A DNA stretch of 64,000 nt from Candidatus Marinacidobacterales bacterium (lineage in GTDB: Bacteria; Acidobacteriota; Vicinamibacteria; Marinacidobacterales; SMYC01). The position numbers and the translations under genes are program-made. Shown piece after piece: positions 62,783-64,000 of this stretch. The notes beneath the pieces were generated by a model. It was not told where the DNA came from, ran no database searches, and saw only the letters and a list, made by a program, of their open reading frames with translations. Each line of letters starts with the position of its first letter. Within the stretch, counting starts at the first letter, position 1. The DNA lies in assembly GCA_965224085.1 (NCBI GenBank), contig CBDCYI010000005.1, positions 2,239,424 through 2,303,423 of the forward strand, read 5' to 3'.

Positions 62783-63237
62783 GGGTTAAGATCCTGAATG
62801 CACCGGTTCCACCTACATTTCGCGAGAGTGTCAGATACGCCGAGCAAAACCTGTATACAAGGTCAAAGCAACTGGTTGGAGACCGCGATCCGCGCTCTCA
62901 CGAGTTTTCGTTACAGCTCCGTGCTATGGATAATGATCGAAGCGGAACGTCGCTCGGCCTGCCGACACTTATGGCCCTTTGCGGCGGACTGCTTGAGAAA
63001 AGCACCAAGGGTGGTCTGATCGTGGTCGGCGCACTCAATCTCGGTGGTTCAGTGGAGCCACTGACCAATGCCGTTGGTATTATCGAGGTCGCCGTTGAGA
63101 AAGGCGCCGATACCATGCTCATGCCAGTGTCGGCAAGGAAGCAACTGTTCGAACTCTCCGACGACATGGCGACGCGGATCAACATCCAGTTTTACTCGGA
63201 CACGCCAGATGCATTACTCAAGGCATTGCTTGAGTGA
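62783..63237 (+). pseudogene. brxL: BREX Lon-like protein BrxL, C-terminal fragment
   Basis: GVKILN.PVP..FRESV..AEQNLY...GDRDPR.HEF..QLRA.D...G.LNLGGS...EKGA...PVSARKQL; cut at repeat A. Confidence 0.78.
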
Positions 63238-63340
63238 CAGATCAACAAAACCTGTGCCGAACTATGGAGAATTGAGATCAACGATGGAAGCTCTGAGCAG
63301 CGTCAAGTATATAAGTACCTTTTGATTGGCGAGGAGGATC

Positions 63341-63439
63341 ATGGAAATAGCGGGTGGGTATGCGAAGGCGGCGGAGGCGTTCCATATGATTGTTAATTTT
63401 CTAGAGCATTTCGACTATCTGGCGGACCCGCGGCAATGA
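63341..63439 (+). pseudogene. possible ISAs1-type transposase N-terminal scrap
   Basis: GAGGAGG RBS; ...FLEHFDYLADPRQ* resembles the H-repeat transposase start. Confidence 0.4.
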
Positions 63440-63494
63440 ATCCTGGGTACCACGGTTTATTGTCATTTCGTTGATCAGGGTGGTCCAAAATCGA

Positions 63495-64000
63495 ATGGAT
63501 GAAGGCGCTGCAATTCTCGCGATTGGTGATGTTCACCTCGGCACGGCTTGCTCGGGAGTGCCTGACGAGATTTCATCCTGGGGCCTTGATCCGAGGGAAC
63601 TCACGCCTGCAGCCGCTCTCAAACTTTCTGTCGATTTTGCGATTGAACAGAAGCTGGATGCAGTGCTATTCGCCGGCGATGTCGTTGAAAGCACCAATTC
63701 TAGGTTCGAGGCAATGCTGCCACTTGAGGAAAGCATTCGACGGCTATTGGAAGCGGGAATCCAGGTCATCGCTGTTGCAGGCAACCATGATGTTGAGGCA
63801 TTGCCAAGGCTGGCGGCCTTGATCGACGGTTTCACCCTGTTGGGCGCCGGTGGCCAATGGGAAGCGAGGATGATAACCAAAAACCAGTCTCCAGTTGCGG
63901 AAATAATTGGCTGGTCTTTTGGTGAACGGTTTTGTGCGTCAAAGCCCGGTTGCGCAGCTCTTGGAAGAACCGCTGGAGACGCCTTCGTCACCGATCCCGA
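63495..64000 (+). CDS. SbcD/Mre11-like metallophosphoesterase (runs off window)
   Basis: Manual translation MDEGAAILAIGDVHLG...LFAGDVVE...VAGNHD; absent from the ORF track because no stop occurs in the window. Confidence 0.85.
   Translation, partial: MDEGAAILAIGDVHLGTACSGVPDEISSWGLDPRELTPAAALKLSVDFAIEQKLDAVLFAGDVVESTNSRFEAMLPLEESIRRLLEAGIQVIAVAGNHDVEALPRLAALIDGFTLLGAGGQWEARMITKNQSPVAEIIGWSFGERFCASKPGCAALGRTAGDAFVTDP

Overview
GC-rich bacterial DNA. Gene content (DUF1552, CRTAC1/ASPIC, DUF2911, bacilliredoxin, TPR/ECF pairs) suggests Acidobacteriota; this is inference only. Bases 1-13 kb are intact housekeeping genes: biotin carboxylase start, pccB, transaldolase, a repeat-rich lipoprotein, hslUV, an ECF sigma/anti-sigma pair, glycerate kinase, a serine hydrolase and an Omp85-like protein. 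Bases 13-42 kb are envelope and transport genes broken by mobile DNA: two inverted IS5 (IS903-group) copies, a passenger-carrying IS1595 inside a DUF4136 gene with an IS1634 nested in its passenger, and an IS605-type end remnant between 41-bp direct repeats, plus several orphan gene fragments. Bases 42-64 kb are a dense mobile-element mosaic: three distinct rve/integrase-core DDE transposases with about 20 related CGT-/TGT-terminated ends, chimeric mini-elements, IS256, two serine-recombinase modules, an IS1595-type mini-cassette, a 5'-truncated group II intron and defence-island remnants (TM0106-type nuclease-helicase, brxL 3' fragment, SbcD-like gene). The best novelty candidates are (i) the self-nesting rve-element end array enclosing gene pieces and (ii) a promoter-linked structured RNA inside the IS1595 element. 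I saw no CRISPR array, tRNA or rRNA. All family calls are by eye; no searches were run.
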